This document shows, one piece after another, positions 1-8,995 of a DNA stretch of 64,000 nt (position 1 is the stretch's first letter; every line of letters starts with the position of its first letter). The notes under the pieces are model-generated. The model saw only the letters and a program-made list of their open reading frames with translations. It was not told the DNA's origin and made no database searches. Source of the stretch: a virus. The stretch is taken from positions 45,229-109,228 of the IMG/VR virus record IMGVR_UViG_3300023210_000015, one strand, 5' to 3'. A program made the translations under genes and the position numbers.

Positions 1-2
1 AT

Positions 3-125
3 GTGACAACCCATTATGGCTCTGTAAATGGTTTTTTAAGCGATAGTGGAGTAAAGGTCAAGCAGGATTTTGCTGATCTTTCGGAAAGGGCCGGATACAC
101 TATAGATTCCGGCAATATAGAATAA
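3..125 (+). CDS. 3' end of a gene truncated by the window edge; paralog of 60429..60809
   Basis: Open frame VTTHYGSVNGFLSDSGVKVKQDFADLSERAGYTIDSGNIE*, ending 2 nt before the terminase ATG; resembles the C-terminus of 60429..60809. Confidence 0.6.
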   Translation: MTTHYGSVNGFLSDSGVKVKQDFADLSERAGYTIDSGNIE

Positions 126-127
126 AT

Positions 128-2047
128 ATGCCAAAAAAACAATATACAACTATAGGAGATATGCTACAAGAGGCTAAAGATGATATAGCTGCCAAAATGG
201 ATTTGTCTTCCAGCAAAAGCATACCTGATATCGTAACATTTTGTGAAGATCAAAAATATCTTGGATTAAGAAAATGCGATGAAGATGGAAATGAAATTGC
301 CAATTTGTATCCTATGCAAATGCTTATTTTAAAAGTATTTTATCGTGGGACGCTTGGTAATGAGGATTTGGTTTTGACGGACGAAGACATAGAACTATTA
401 AAAGAACTTAATTTAGAAGATAATGACCATGGCGATGTCTTAGGAAAATACAATTCAAAGGCTATTTTTAGAGAATTAGTTTTGGTATGGGGAAGACGTT
501 CAGGTAAAACTTTCTTATTCTCTATTATCGCTTTGTATGAAGCCATGAAATTATTAGAAACACCTGGCGGTGATCCTAACGTACTTTATAGACTTGGTGG
601 TGGTGCTGAAATTTCTATTTTAACTGTTGCTATGTCATCTGACCAAGCACACTTGGCGTTTTTGGAAATCAGAGAGAAATTATTACACAGTAAATATTTT
701 GAAGATAAGTTTATGAGGCCAGATGGTATTACTGCTGATTCTATTTATCTGCTTACTCCAAAAGACAAAAAAGATAATGAAGACTGTAAAAAGAAGAATA
801 TCCCTCAGAAAAAGGGATCGATAGTTATCGAAGTGGGTCACAGTAACTCTAGTACACTTAGAGGTAAATCTATTTTCGTTTTGCTGTTTGATGAGATTGC
901 TGCCTACAAAACAACTTCTGGCCCTTCTTCTGATGAAAACATTTATGCTTCTTTAATCCCTTCTGTTAATACTTATTTCCGTATATTTCCTGCGTTGGAT
1001 AAAGATGGTAATCAAAAGGTTGATGAACGCGGAAAAAAAGTGTTCGATAAAATATTTGATGGAAAAATAATTTGTATTTCAACTCCAATGGGCAAAGAAG
1101 GTAAGTTGTATGATTTATACAGTAAAGCCCCAGCCGCAAAACACAGGCTGACTTGCAGATTATCGACATGGGATGTAAATCCATTTTTAACAGAAGATGA
1201 TTTAAGAGCAAATGCGGATTTGCCTGAAGACAAGTTCATGCAAGAGTATGGCGCTGAATTCTCTGGTACTGCTGGTGAAAACTTCTTCCCAAGAGAATGT
1301 GTAGAAGAAATTTTCAAGAAAGGTTATTCCAAGAAAATGAAAACGCATGGCGAACCAGGCACTGTCTATTTTGCTCACTTAGACCCTGCTAGTACAAGCC
1401 ATAACTATGCACTAGCCATCGTGCATAAAGAACTTTCGTATAATAAAGAAACAAAGCAAATAGATTTTAGAGTTGTTGTTGACCATCTTAAATACTGGCA
1501 ACCTCTGCCGAATAAGCCAATCAATGTAGATATGGTAGATGAGTATCTCATCAAAATGAAGAGTTTCTTCTTCTTCGGATTAGTGACATACGATCAATGG
1601 AATAGCGCTTCTAGTATACAAAAAGTGCGTAAGCACGGATTGCCAGCAAAATGCACAAGGTTTAATAACAGATTTAAGATGGCAATTTATGATGAATTAT
1701 ACAATTTGGTTGTTGGTGGGAAAATAGTAATTCCATATAATGACTTATTGATGAATGAAATGATTAATTTACAGAGGAAAATGACCCCTACTGGATGGCG
1801 TGTAGGACCGAAAAAAGCTGGTGGCACACAAACAGACGATTGCGTGGACGCATTGGCTGGTGCTTGCTATCATGCAGTACAAGCCACGTTTAATAGGCTT
1901 CCAACAGGTCAAATAGTAGCTACTACAAACGGGACAGCAGGCAGAAGAATGTGGAATTCGATGCAAGGTCCAATAGGATACGGAACAGGTAGAGAGGTTT
2001 CTAGTAACTTAGAACGCCTTAAATCGTGGCCAAGCCGTTTAAGATAA
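128..2047 (+). CDS. terL: terminase large subunit
   Basis: Walker A WGRRSGKT, Walker B LLFDEIA, ISTP coupling motif, RNase H-like nuclease motifs AHLDPAS and TDDCVDALAG. Confidence 0.93.
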   Translation: MPKKQYTTIGDMLQEAKDDIAAKMDLSSSKSIPDIVTFCEDQKYLGLRKCDEDGNEIANLYPMQMLILKVFYRGTLGNEDLVLTDEDIELLKELNLEDNDHGDVLGKYNSKAIFRELVLVWGRRSGKTFLFSIIALYEAMKLLETPGGDPNVLYRLGGGAEISILTVAMSSDQAHLAFLEIREKLLHSKYFEDKFMRPDGITADSIYLLTPKDKKDNEDCKKKNIPQKKGSIVIEVGHSNSSTLRGKSIFVLLFDEIAAYKTTSGPSSDENIYASLIPSVNTYFRIFPALDKDGNQKVDERGKKVFDKIFDGKIICISTPMGKEGKLYDLYSKAPAAKHRLTCRLSTWDVNPFLTEDDLRANADLPEDKFMQEYGAEFSGTAGENFFPRECVEEIFKKGYSKKMKTHGEPGTVYFAHLDPASTSHNYALAIVHKELSYNKETKQIDFRVVVDHLKYWQPLPNKPINVDMVDEYLIKMKSFFFFGLVTYDQWNSASSIQKVRKHGLPAKCTRFNNRFKMAIYDELYNLVVGGKIVIPYNDLLMNEMINLQRKMTPTGWRVGPKKAGGTQTDDCVDALAGACYHAVQATFNRLPTGQIVATTNGTAGRRMWNSMQGPIGYGTGREVSSNLERLKSWPSRLR

Positions 2048-2127
2048 ATAAAGGTAAATTTTTGTTTATTCGGAATGAAAAAAGTAAGTATCGGTATATC
2101 GATTAACATAATGTTCGGAGAATAATA

Positions 2128-3015
2128 ATGGTTAAATACAACCAACAGAAACAAAAAAAAGAAGCACAGATCAAGCCTTATGAAAAAATGTTGCTAGATA
2201 ATCAAAATAAGTATGATACAGATGTTAAAGGCGACAAGATTGAAGATAAACTTCTCGAAGACGAGAGAGGCACCGATGGTGCAAAAGGTGATAAAATTTA
2301 TGAGAAGTTACAAGAGGATGTAAGAACTGGCTCTCCAGATAAAAATACAGAAGGACAGCTTAATGAAGGTTCGACCAAATATAATGACGCTGAACATCGC
2401 AGTGATGGTGGAGAACCATTGATGGATTATCATAAAAAGACGGAGAATGAAGAAATAGCTGATTTTACTAAGGCTAATTCTGGTATGAAAAGAGACAAGA
2501 TGTTTTGGGATAAATACGTTAATTCTCAGATTCCCCCAAAGGGTGGGAACGAAAGTCTCAATGAATTAACCAAGATTGTTGACAATGATCAGTCAAGTCA
2601 GCTTTTGTCCAATTATGATACGAGAGAAGAGATGAGAGAGGCCACACCAGCCGTAAAATCGGCTTCTGCTGACCTCAAAGACGCTGATGCTATCTTATAC
2701 CATATTTACAGAGAAGCGGCTGAGAACGGCAGGGAATTGACAGACCAAGAAAAACAAGCAACTGAAGAAATCAATAGTTATAAAACAAATACATTGGTGG
2801 AGTTGCAAAAAGAAGCTGTTTACTTTCCTCCCGGTGGCGAGCAAATGCCCACTTCACCTAATGGCGATATAAATTGGGCTTATTTCAGAGAACAGAAAAA
2901 GAAAGAAAAAGCACTAAAAGATAAAATTAAACGTGGGCCACCAAAAAAGGGGGAAGAAGACGAATGCGAACCTGGATCGCGTAAAAATCCATGCAGAGGA
3001 CCGAATGTAAAATAA
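2128..3015 (+). CDS. hypothetical, probable head-associated protein with (Y/T)EKxL repeats
   Basis: GGAG RBS; KKEAQ and VKSAS motifs; repeats PYEKML, IEDKLL, IYEKLQ, TEGQL. Confidence 0.6.
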   Translation: MVKYNQQKQKKEAQIKPYEKMLLDNQNKYDTDVKGDKIEDKLLEDERGTDGAKGDKIYEKLQEDVRTGSPDKNTEGQLNEGSTKYNDAEHRSDGGEPLMDYHKKTENEEIADFTKANSGMKRDKMFWDKYVNSQIPPKGGNESLNELTKIVDNDQSSQLLSNYDTREEMREATPAVKSASADLKDADAILYHIYREAAENGRELTDQEKQATEEINSYKTNTLVELQKEAVYFPPGGEQMPTSPNGDINWAYFREQKKKEKALKDKIKRGPPKKGEEDECEPGSRKNPCRGPNVK

Positions 3016-3245
3016 TGAAAATCATTAAATCAAAAAAAGTTGCTCAATATATTGATGAAGGTATCAAAAGACCGTTACATAGGGATGAAAAATTTAGAGC
3101 CACTGTTTATCTTGATGTGTTTGCAAAAGATAAAGTTGATGCTCAATCTAAATTGAATCAAATGCTTGAAAGTTTATACCCTGATTTAGATTTATTTACT
3201 ATTGTTGACGTTAAATCTTGGACTGAAATTAAAAACATTGGATAA
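3015..3245 (+). CDS. small hypothetical protein (MKIIKSKKVAQ...)
   Basis: TAATG coupling with the upstream stop; start re-assigned to 3015. Confidence 0.6.
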   Translation: MKIIKSKKVAQYIDEGIKRPLHRDEKFRATVYLDVFAKDKVDAQSKLNQMLESLYPDLDLFTIVDVKSWTEIKNIG

Positions 3246-3246
3246 A

Positions 3247-3774
3247 ATGAATTGGTATCATCAGATTAAAACTGCTATAAGGGGCAATCTGGAAAGAATG
3301 AACGATCCAGATACATATCCTTATCAACATTCTAAGCCCGGCGAAATTAGCGACGGGCAGCTTTCTTATTTGACACAATTCGGGGATGAAAGCGGGAATT
3401 CTGGCTCTGCATCTATTGGAGGTCGTAGATTCAGAAACAAAAAAGCCCCTCGTGATTGGAGTTCAAAATCGAATGAATATGACTGGGACGGTACTTCATC
3501 TTGGAAAATGGAAGATTTACCAGAATCCGATCATATGTTTGTTACAGATGATGATTCAACAATGATGGGGACAGGCAAGGGTGTAGACAGTACAACTAGA
3601 CAAGATTTTACCGATAGTAGAGATAGATTGCCAACAGATAAAGAAACTTTTGGCCCTGACCCTCGTGGTCCACACAATATGTGGAAACCGTGGGGCGATA
3701 ATCAGAAAAGAAAAAAAAGTTTATATGACAAAACGAGAGAGAGAGTGAAAGGAGCATATCATGGCCGAATATAG
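3247..3774 (+). CDS. MNWY-tagged hypothetical protein
   Basis: ATG at 3247 directly after the upstream stop gives MNWYHQIKTA. Confidence 0.65.
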   Translation: MNWYHQIKTAIRGNLERMNDPDTYPYQHSKPGEISDGQLSYLTQFGDESGNSGSASIGGRRFRNKKAPRDWSSKSNEYDWDGTSSWKMEDLPESDHMFVTDDDSTMMGTGKGVDSTTRQDFTDSRDRLPTDKETFGPDPRGPHNMWKPWGDNQKRKKSLYDKTRERVKGAYHGRI

Positions 3775-4483
3775 AGTTAAAGTAAATCCAAACTTTTTAG
3801 GAGAGTTGACGCTTCCGTTTTTGGATGTACCAGTTACAGCGAATCAAAGGATTGTGTTAAATGAGCAGCAATATCGTGATGGTCTAATTCAGGGAGCGAT
3901 CAAAAGGAATTATCTTATTGATGACACTCCGCAAGAAGCTGTTGTGGAAGAAGTCGTAGAGGAAGTTGTGGAAGAAGTCGTAGAGGAAGTTGAAGCTGTT
4001 CATCCAACAGAAGATATCGAAGAAGTTGAGATAGAGGAAGATATTGATCCCACGTTAGGCGAACCTGAAACTACTCCTATCGTTTGGGATGCTGAAGAGC
4101 AAGTGGCTGTAGATGCCAAAACTGGCATGAAGAAAATGCTAAAACAATTGAAAGGCGTAGAAATGGATGTCGCAGTTGGCGATATCGATTTTGATAAAGT
4201 CGAAGAAGAAAAAAAGGTTGCAAAGAAAACTCGAAAGAGGACAGTGAAGAAAGCTGCGAAGAAAACCAAAAGAGTTAAAAAGGCCAAGAAGGCCAAGAAA
4301 ACAGCTAAAAAGGTAAAAAAGGGTAAAACCCTTCCATTGCCATCTTCTGGAGATATCGAATTTATTGATAGTCCAGCCAATGATGGTGAGATTTCTTTTG
4401 TCGATGAAGAGCAACGAATCGAAAAGATTAAAAAGCATCCTGTTCTAAATAAGAAATTAGAAAATAACGAGGAAGTTGGTTAA
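3761..4483 (+). CDS. hypothetical protein with an acidic VEEV tract and a histone-H1-like K/A-rich segment
   Basis: AAGGAG RBS; KKVAKKTRKRTVKKAAKKTKRVKKAKKAKKTAKK segment. Confidence 0.65.
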   Translation: MAEYRVKVNPNFLGELTLPFLDVPVTANQRIVLNEQQYRDGLIQGAIKRNYLIDDTPQEAVVEEVVEEVVEEVVEEVEAVHPTEDIEEVEIEEDIDPTLGEPETTPIVWDAEEQVAVDAKTGMKKMLKQLKGVEMDVAVGDIDFDKVEEEKKVAKKTRKRTVKKAAKKTKRVKKAKKAKKTAKKVKKGKTLPLPSSGDIEFIDSPANDGEISFVDEEQRIEKIKKHPVLNKKLENNEEVG

Positions 4484-5067
4484 TGATATTTATTGATTCC
4501 GCAAAAAGCAAGAAAAAGAATAAAAAAAAAGATGATTTTTTCAAAGTATACTGGAAGCTCCTTGAGCCGCCAGCATACGTTGATTTAATGGTTGCGGATA
4601 TTTTGTGGAATTCGACATTAACTAAATTAGCAAATAAGAATTTAAAAGAAGTATCACTAAAAGGCACATTACATAAGAATGATAGTGGATTTGTTTATGT
4701 AAAAGTAGATGATGATGTGATACACGGAATGTATACGCTGATTGATGAAGAAGGTATTAGTGAACCTCCTTATTTTGGTAAGGGCGACAAAAAAATTGGG
4801 GCACATATTTCTGCTATTTCTCAAGATGAACTTGAAGAAAAAGATGTTGACATCAAAGACATTAAAGAAATAGGTGATGAAGTTAATTTCACTTTAGGTG
4901 AAATGTATTCTACTAACCCTGACGGATGGGATGAAATGAAGAAGGTATATTTCATTTCTGTAGACGCTCCTGAACTCAAAGAGATAAGAAAAAGTTATGG
5001 GTTGCCAGCGACGTACAAAAATAAAGGTCATGATTTTCATATTACAGTAGCAGTTGAAAAGGCGTAA
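4483..5067 (+). CDS. 2H phosphoesterase family protein
   Basis: Two Hx(S/T) motifs, GAHISAI and FHITVA, at typical spacing. Confidence 0.75.
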   Translation: MIFIDSAKSKKKNKKKDDFFKVYWKLLEPPAYVDLMVADILWNSTLTKLANKNLKEVSLKGTLHKNDSGFVYVKVDDDVIHGMYTLIDEEGISEPPYFGKGDKKIGAHISAISQDELEEKDVDIKDIKEIGDEVNFTLGEMYSTNPDGWDEMKKVYFISVDAPELKEIRKSYGLPATYKNKGHDFHITVAVEKA

Positions 5068-5069
5068 AA

Positions 5070-5900
5070 ATGGATAACGTTTGGGACATTTTGACAAAAG
5101 AGTTAGCATACTATGGAGTTAACCTCACAAATTCTAGTGAATGCTCTGTCGCTTTTGGTAACAAGATAAAGAAAGCTCCAACAAAAAATGTCATAGGGAG
5201 TATTGAGAAACGTATTAGACATAACGGTTTGCTTTTGGAAGAACTGTTTAGCGAACTGATAGAACTTCTGGGACAAACACAACCAATATCCACAAAAGAC
5301 CCACTCGATGAAATCACAATAAAGTTTTTTGTAAACTCTCTCAAAGCAACATGCGATTTTGTTGGTTTTTTATGCCATGAATGCGACTTTGTAGATAACG
5401 CTATAAAAAAGAGATTAAGTTCTGAATTACCGCAAGCTTTAAATAGAGATTATACAGAATTTCCAAAAGAAGTGATCTTATCATTGCCAGACTTAAAGAT
5501 CAATATTGATTGGGTATATAGGAATATGTCAATCTTAAATTACATTAGATCGCTTTTGGAGTTCGCAAGACTTGGCCCTAACAGTATCCAAAAAATGAAT
5601 ATCAAAATAGCCAGAGGTATTTCTGGTCCTTGGGCCAATCTAGACTTGCCTATGTTGGAAAGAAAATTTCCATATGCAGATATTGCTGAAGAGATGTCAG
5701 GAAGACGCAGAGATATCCGACACCAATTAAGATACGAAAAAGGCTTTATGCATTACAACGATCCTTCTGGTAAGGTGGGAGAAGGTCATTATTGGCGTGA
5801 AATACGCAACGAACCTTTCTCTTGGTCTGCCGGAAACACAGAGAGTCCATATCCATCTAGACATACCCTTTCCCGTTGGGGTTCACGTTCTTCACAGTAA
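5070..5900 (+). CDS. hypothetical protein
   Basis: 276-aa ORF in operon context; contains IKIARG. Confidence 0.6.
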   Translation: MDNVWDILTKELAYYGVNLTNSSECSVAFGNKIKKAPTKNVIGSIEKRIRHNGLLLEELFSELIELLGQTQPISTKDPLDEITIKFFVNSLKATCDFVGFLCHECDFVDNAIKKRLSSELPQALNRDYTEFPKEVILSLPDLKINIDWVYRNMSILNYIRSLLEFARLGPNSIQKMNIKIARGISGPWANLDLPMLERKFPYADIAEEMSGRRRDIRHQLRYEKGFMHYNDPSGKVGEGHYWREIRNEPFSWSAGNTESPYPSRHTLSRWGSRSSQ

Positions 5901-5944
5901 AGGAATTACTCTAGAATATCAGAATTATATTCTTGGAGAATTCT

Positions 5945-6424
5945 ATGTTTAAAATTTTTATCTTAGAAGATAACCATGAACGCATTGAGTGGTTTAAAGA
6001 TATGTTCAAGGGAAATGAACTAGATATAACGAAAAACGCAAAAAAGGCGATTAAGCAGATGTCTAAAAATCGTTATGATATCATTTTCCTAGATCATGAC
6101 TTGGGTGAAGAGGACTTGGCATTAACTGGCCGTGAAGTAGCTAGACAAATGAAAAAACGCAAGATTGCTAGAGATACTCCTGTAGTCTTGCATTCAAAAA
6201 ATCCGCATAATAGAAGAAAAATGTTAAGACATTTATTAGAGTATAAAAAGGATATTGTACGAACTATTTACTCTGATTTAAGGAAATACACATTGGCCGA
6301 AATATACGAAAAAATTAGAGTCAAGTGTGTGAGTAAAAAAGTTCGGAGGAAGTTTAGGAAAACAATTAGAAATCTTGTAAAAGATGATAATTCTTCCGAA
6401 ATTAAAGATAGGATAATAACATGA
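5945..6424 (+). CDS. cyclic-phosphate-processing-type receiver (REC) domain protein
   Basis: IFILEDN..R, IIFLDHDLG, TG..VA, VVLHSKNP; GGAG RBS supports ATG 5945. Confidence 0.75.
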   Translation: MFKIFILEDNHERIEWFKDMFKGNELDITKNAKKAIKQMSKNRYDIIFLDHDLGEEDLALTGREVARQMKKRKIARDTPVVLHSKNPHNRRKMLRHLLEYKKDIVRTIYSDLRKYTLAEIYEKIRVKCVSKKVRRKFRKTIRNLVKDDNSSEIKDRIIT

Positions 6425-7239
6425 CTAAAATATTCGTATTAGAAGATTGCCCCGAAAGAACAGAGTGGTTTAAAAAGACATTCAGCGAATGTGATCTTTG
6501 TATTGTGCAGACTGTGAAACAAGCATGTTCTGAATTAGAGAACAATGAATTTGATTTTATCTTTCTAGATAGGGATTTGGGAAATCCGCACGAGAATGGT
6601 GAAGATGTAGCGTGGCATATGATGGAAAATAAATTGGCAGAAAAAACACCAGTTATCATTCACTCTGTAAACAAACGTGGACAAAGAGTAATAAGCCGTT
6701 ATCTTGGAAGATATAAAGATAATGTCGAAGTGTTAGATTTCAACCGTCTCAAACACCATTCCGCTGACGAAATTCTGAAGACATCACAAACTGATACAAA
6801 AACCGTTAAAGAAAGTCAATCTGTTGTTGATTTCCTTGTTAATAATTTGTCCATAGTTACAGACAAAAGTATAAATGGTGATGTGTTCCAGAGTCGCAAG
6901 GCTCGTGCCGCTGCTGCTGTTTTTTGTATATGGAAAAACGGTAAAAACAAAATCAGTTCTAATGTATATAGAAAACCTTTACAAATATCTGAAAAAGACA
7001 TACAGATTATGGAAAAAGAGAATTTTATTAAATGTATAGGTAATAATTTGAAAATTACTCCTGAAGGTTCTGAAATTATTAAAACTATGATTTTGGGAGA
7101 TGATCGTTCTAGTTTCGAGAAAAAAGGAAATGAATCTATCAGCTTACACCAAGCGGAATCGAACATTAAAAAGAAAAAGAAACACAAAGAAGGTCAACGG
7201 TTGGCATCGACCAATTGGTGGGACAGATTTGAGAAATAA
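6421..7239 (+). CDS. cyclic-phosphate-processing-type receiver domain fused to a C-terminal (possibly winged-helix) domain
   Basis: IFVLED..ER, FIFLDRDLG, IIHSVN; N-terminus is a paralog of the preceding gene. Confidence 0.7.
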   Translation: MTKIFVLEDCPERTEWFKKTFSECDLCIVQTVKQACSELENNEFDFIFLDRDLGNPHENGEDVAWHMMENKLAEKTPVIIHSVNKRGQRVISRYLGRYKDNVEVLDFNRLKHHSADEILKTSQTDTKTVKESQSVVDFLVNNLSIVTDKSINGDVFQSRKARAAAAVFCIWKNGKNKISSNVYRKPLQISEKDIQIMEKENFIKCIGNNLKITPEGSEIIKTMILGDDRSSFEKKGNESISLHQAESNIKKKKKHKEGQRLASTNWWDRFEK

Positions 7240-7680
7240 ATGAATAGAGTACGCATAACAGTTTATAAGCCAATAAAAAACATAGAAGAGAAAAAAGACA
7301 TTAAACAACCTCTTCTTTGGTATGATACTTTTTATAAGAAAATGCTTAATTTTGATGCGACAGCTTTAGATTTCGACTATAGACCTGAAAAATATATAGA
7401 GTTGAACGACGGATCACGGGTGCCGGAATCAGAAGCCACAGACCAGCAAAAAAAGGAATTTGCCGTACAAGAGATTTATCTATCGAGGCCAAAACCAAGA
7501 ATCGAACAAAGAATTATTCGTCGTAAAGAAATTGACAATGATGTTTTGTCTGATGTGACTAGAGATTTTGATCCAATAGATGAGACTAAAGAAACAATGG
7601 TTTTTAGTATACCAAAAAATGAGGAAGATGATTTGGTTTTCATCCTAGAAAGAAAAAGACTTAATTACGAGATAAAATAA
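7240..7680 (+). CDS. hypothetical protein
   Basis: Tightly coupled ORF in operon. Confidence 0.55.
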   Translation: MNRVRITVYKPIKNIEEKKDIKQPLLWYDTFYKKMLNFDATALDFDYRPEKYIELNDGSRVPESEATDQQKKEFAVQEIYLSRPKPRIEQRIIRRKEIDNDVLSDVTRDFDPIDETKETMVFSIPKNEEDDLVFILERKRLNYEIK

Positions 7681-8096
7681 TGAAAAAGACAACATTATAT
7701 GTAGAAGTCGCCGACACTCCAACAAAACAAGCGAATGGTTTGATGTTTCGTAAAGAACTAGAACCATATTCTGGTATGTTGTTCAGATTTGGTAATCCAA
7801 AAGTTCTAAGTTTTTGGGGATTAAACACTTATATTCCTCTTGATATCGCTTTTATTTCACCAGAAAATAAGATAGTTAAAATTAGTAGAATTAAACCTTT
7901 CTCTAAGGATGGTGTATGCAGCGATGTAGATTGCACAATGGCCGTTGAAGCTAATGATGGGTTTTTTGCGTCTCATGGCATTAAAGTCGGAGATGTAATG
8001 AGATTATCTGATGATGATAATTGTGATGCGGTAATTTTTGGTAATGAAAAGGATATTGATGAGCATGAATTTACATTGAAAGATATATTTAGCTAA
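7680..8096 (+). CDS. DUF192 family protein
   Basis: VEVADT...GLMFR...GMLF.F...FW..NTYIPLDIAFI...VE.N.G signature. Confidence 0.88.
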   Translation: MKKTTLYVEVADTPTKQANGLMFRKELEPYSGMLFRFGNPKVLSFWGLNTYIPLDIAFISPENKIVKISRIKPFSKDGVCSDVDCTMAVEANDGFFASHGIKVGDVMRLSDDDNCDAVIFGNEKDIDEHEFTLKDIFS

Positions 8097-8326
8097 TGAA
8101 AACAATAAAAACTGCAAGATTTTCATCAAGAAGAGAACGTTTAACGGGTTTGCATGAACAAGCGACTGAAAAGTTCGAAGATTTATGTAATCGATTGGGG
8201 CTAAATAGATTGGATGTTATTGGGGATTTTCGGTTAGGAAAAAAACCTGAAAATGAAGAACTTGCTTTAGCTATAGATGATGTCATAAAATTACAAAATT
8301 TATTAGATATAGGTGATGAAATATAA
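8096..8326 (+). CDS. small hypothetical protein (MKTIKTA...)
   Basis: TAATG-coupled ORF. Confidence 0.55.
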   Translation: MKTIKTARFSSRRERLTGLHEQATEKFEDLCNRLGLNRLDVIGDFRLGKKPENEELALAIDDVIKLQNLLDIGDEI

Positions 8327-8966
8327 TTTAATGAAAACATTTTTAGGAAAAAAAGTAGCTCAGACCATGGTTAGTTGGGACGACCCCGAAGGGGAGCCTG
8401 AATCTATGTATCTATTTGACGATTATGGTCGAGCGGTTTACGATAAAGATGGAAGACAGGCAAGGACTGATGAAGTGCCAGAATTGAAAGGTGGGACTAC
8501 TCAATTCGGTGGAGATTTGCCCACTTTAACACCTTCTGATGTTATGGATAGCGATTATTTAGTTGACAAAAAAGAAGGAGAATTGCCTTCTGAAGAGGAA
8601 GAAGAGATAACGGAACCTGAAGAGATTCCTGAGTTTGGCTCTCTATTTCAGGCTTTCAGATGGGCTAAACACGAACAAAAAGTAATTAGGTTGTACTATG
8701 TGACAATTAATGGTGCTTATATCATTCGTGATATAGAACCTCATGGAGACTTTTGGGCGAGAACTACGCTCAAGAGAATTCTTGTCACTTGGGATGAAAC
8801 AGTAGGTGACATTAGAGCTTTTAGATTAGAGAATGTGCAAAAATATGAATTCACAGGAAAGCCGTTTGAACCTAAATTCAATTTTTCACAACGTCAGCAT
8901 ACTTACCGCAAACGAATGAGACGCAGAAAAGAAAGAAGGGAAAAAGCTCAACAAGGACTAATATAA
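8316..8966 (+). CDS. WYL-like domain protein with acidic N-terminal region
   Basis: IRLYY...IRDIEPH...LVTWD...DIRAFRLENV matches the WYL-domain pattern; KKVAQ near the N-terminus. Confidence 0.7.
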   Translation: MKYNLMKTFLGKKVAQTMVSWDDPEGEPESMYLFDDYGRAVYDKDGRQARTDEVPELKGGTTQFGGDLPTLTPSDVMDSDYLVDKKEGELPSEEEEEITEPEEIPEFGSLFQAFRWAKHEQKVIRLYYVTINGAYIIRDIEPHGDFWARTTLKRILVTWDETVGDIRAFRLENVQKYEFTGKPFEPKFNFSQRQHTYRKRMRRRKERREKAQQGLI

Positions 8967-8995
8967 ATATAGCACAACAATAGGGATAAATAAAT

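Noticed and set aside
128-2047. Intein in the terminase
   Set aside because: No splicing motifs; the ATPase and nuclease motifs are contiguous.
2067-2095. Antisense CCGA(A/T)A boxes pointing into terL
   Set aside because: No downstream minus-strand gene or other support; could be chance.
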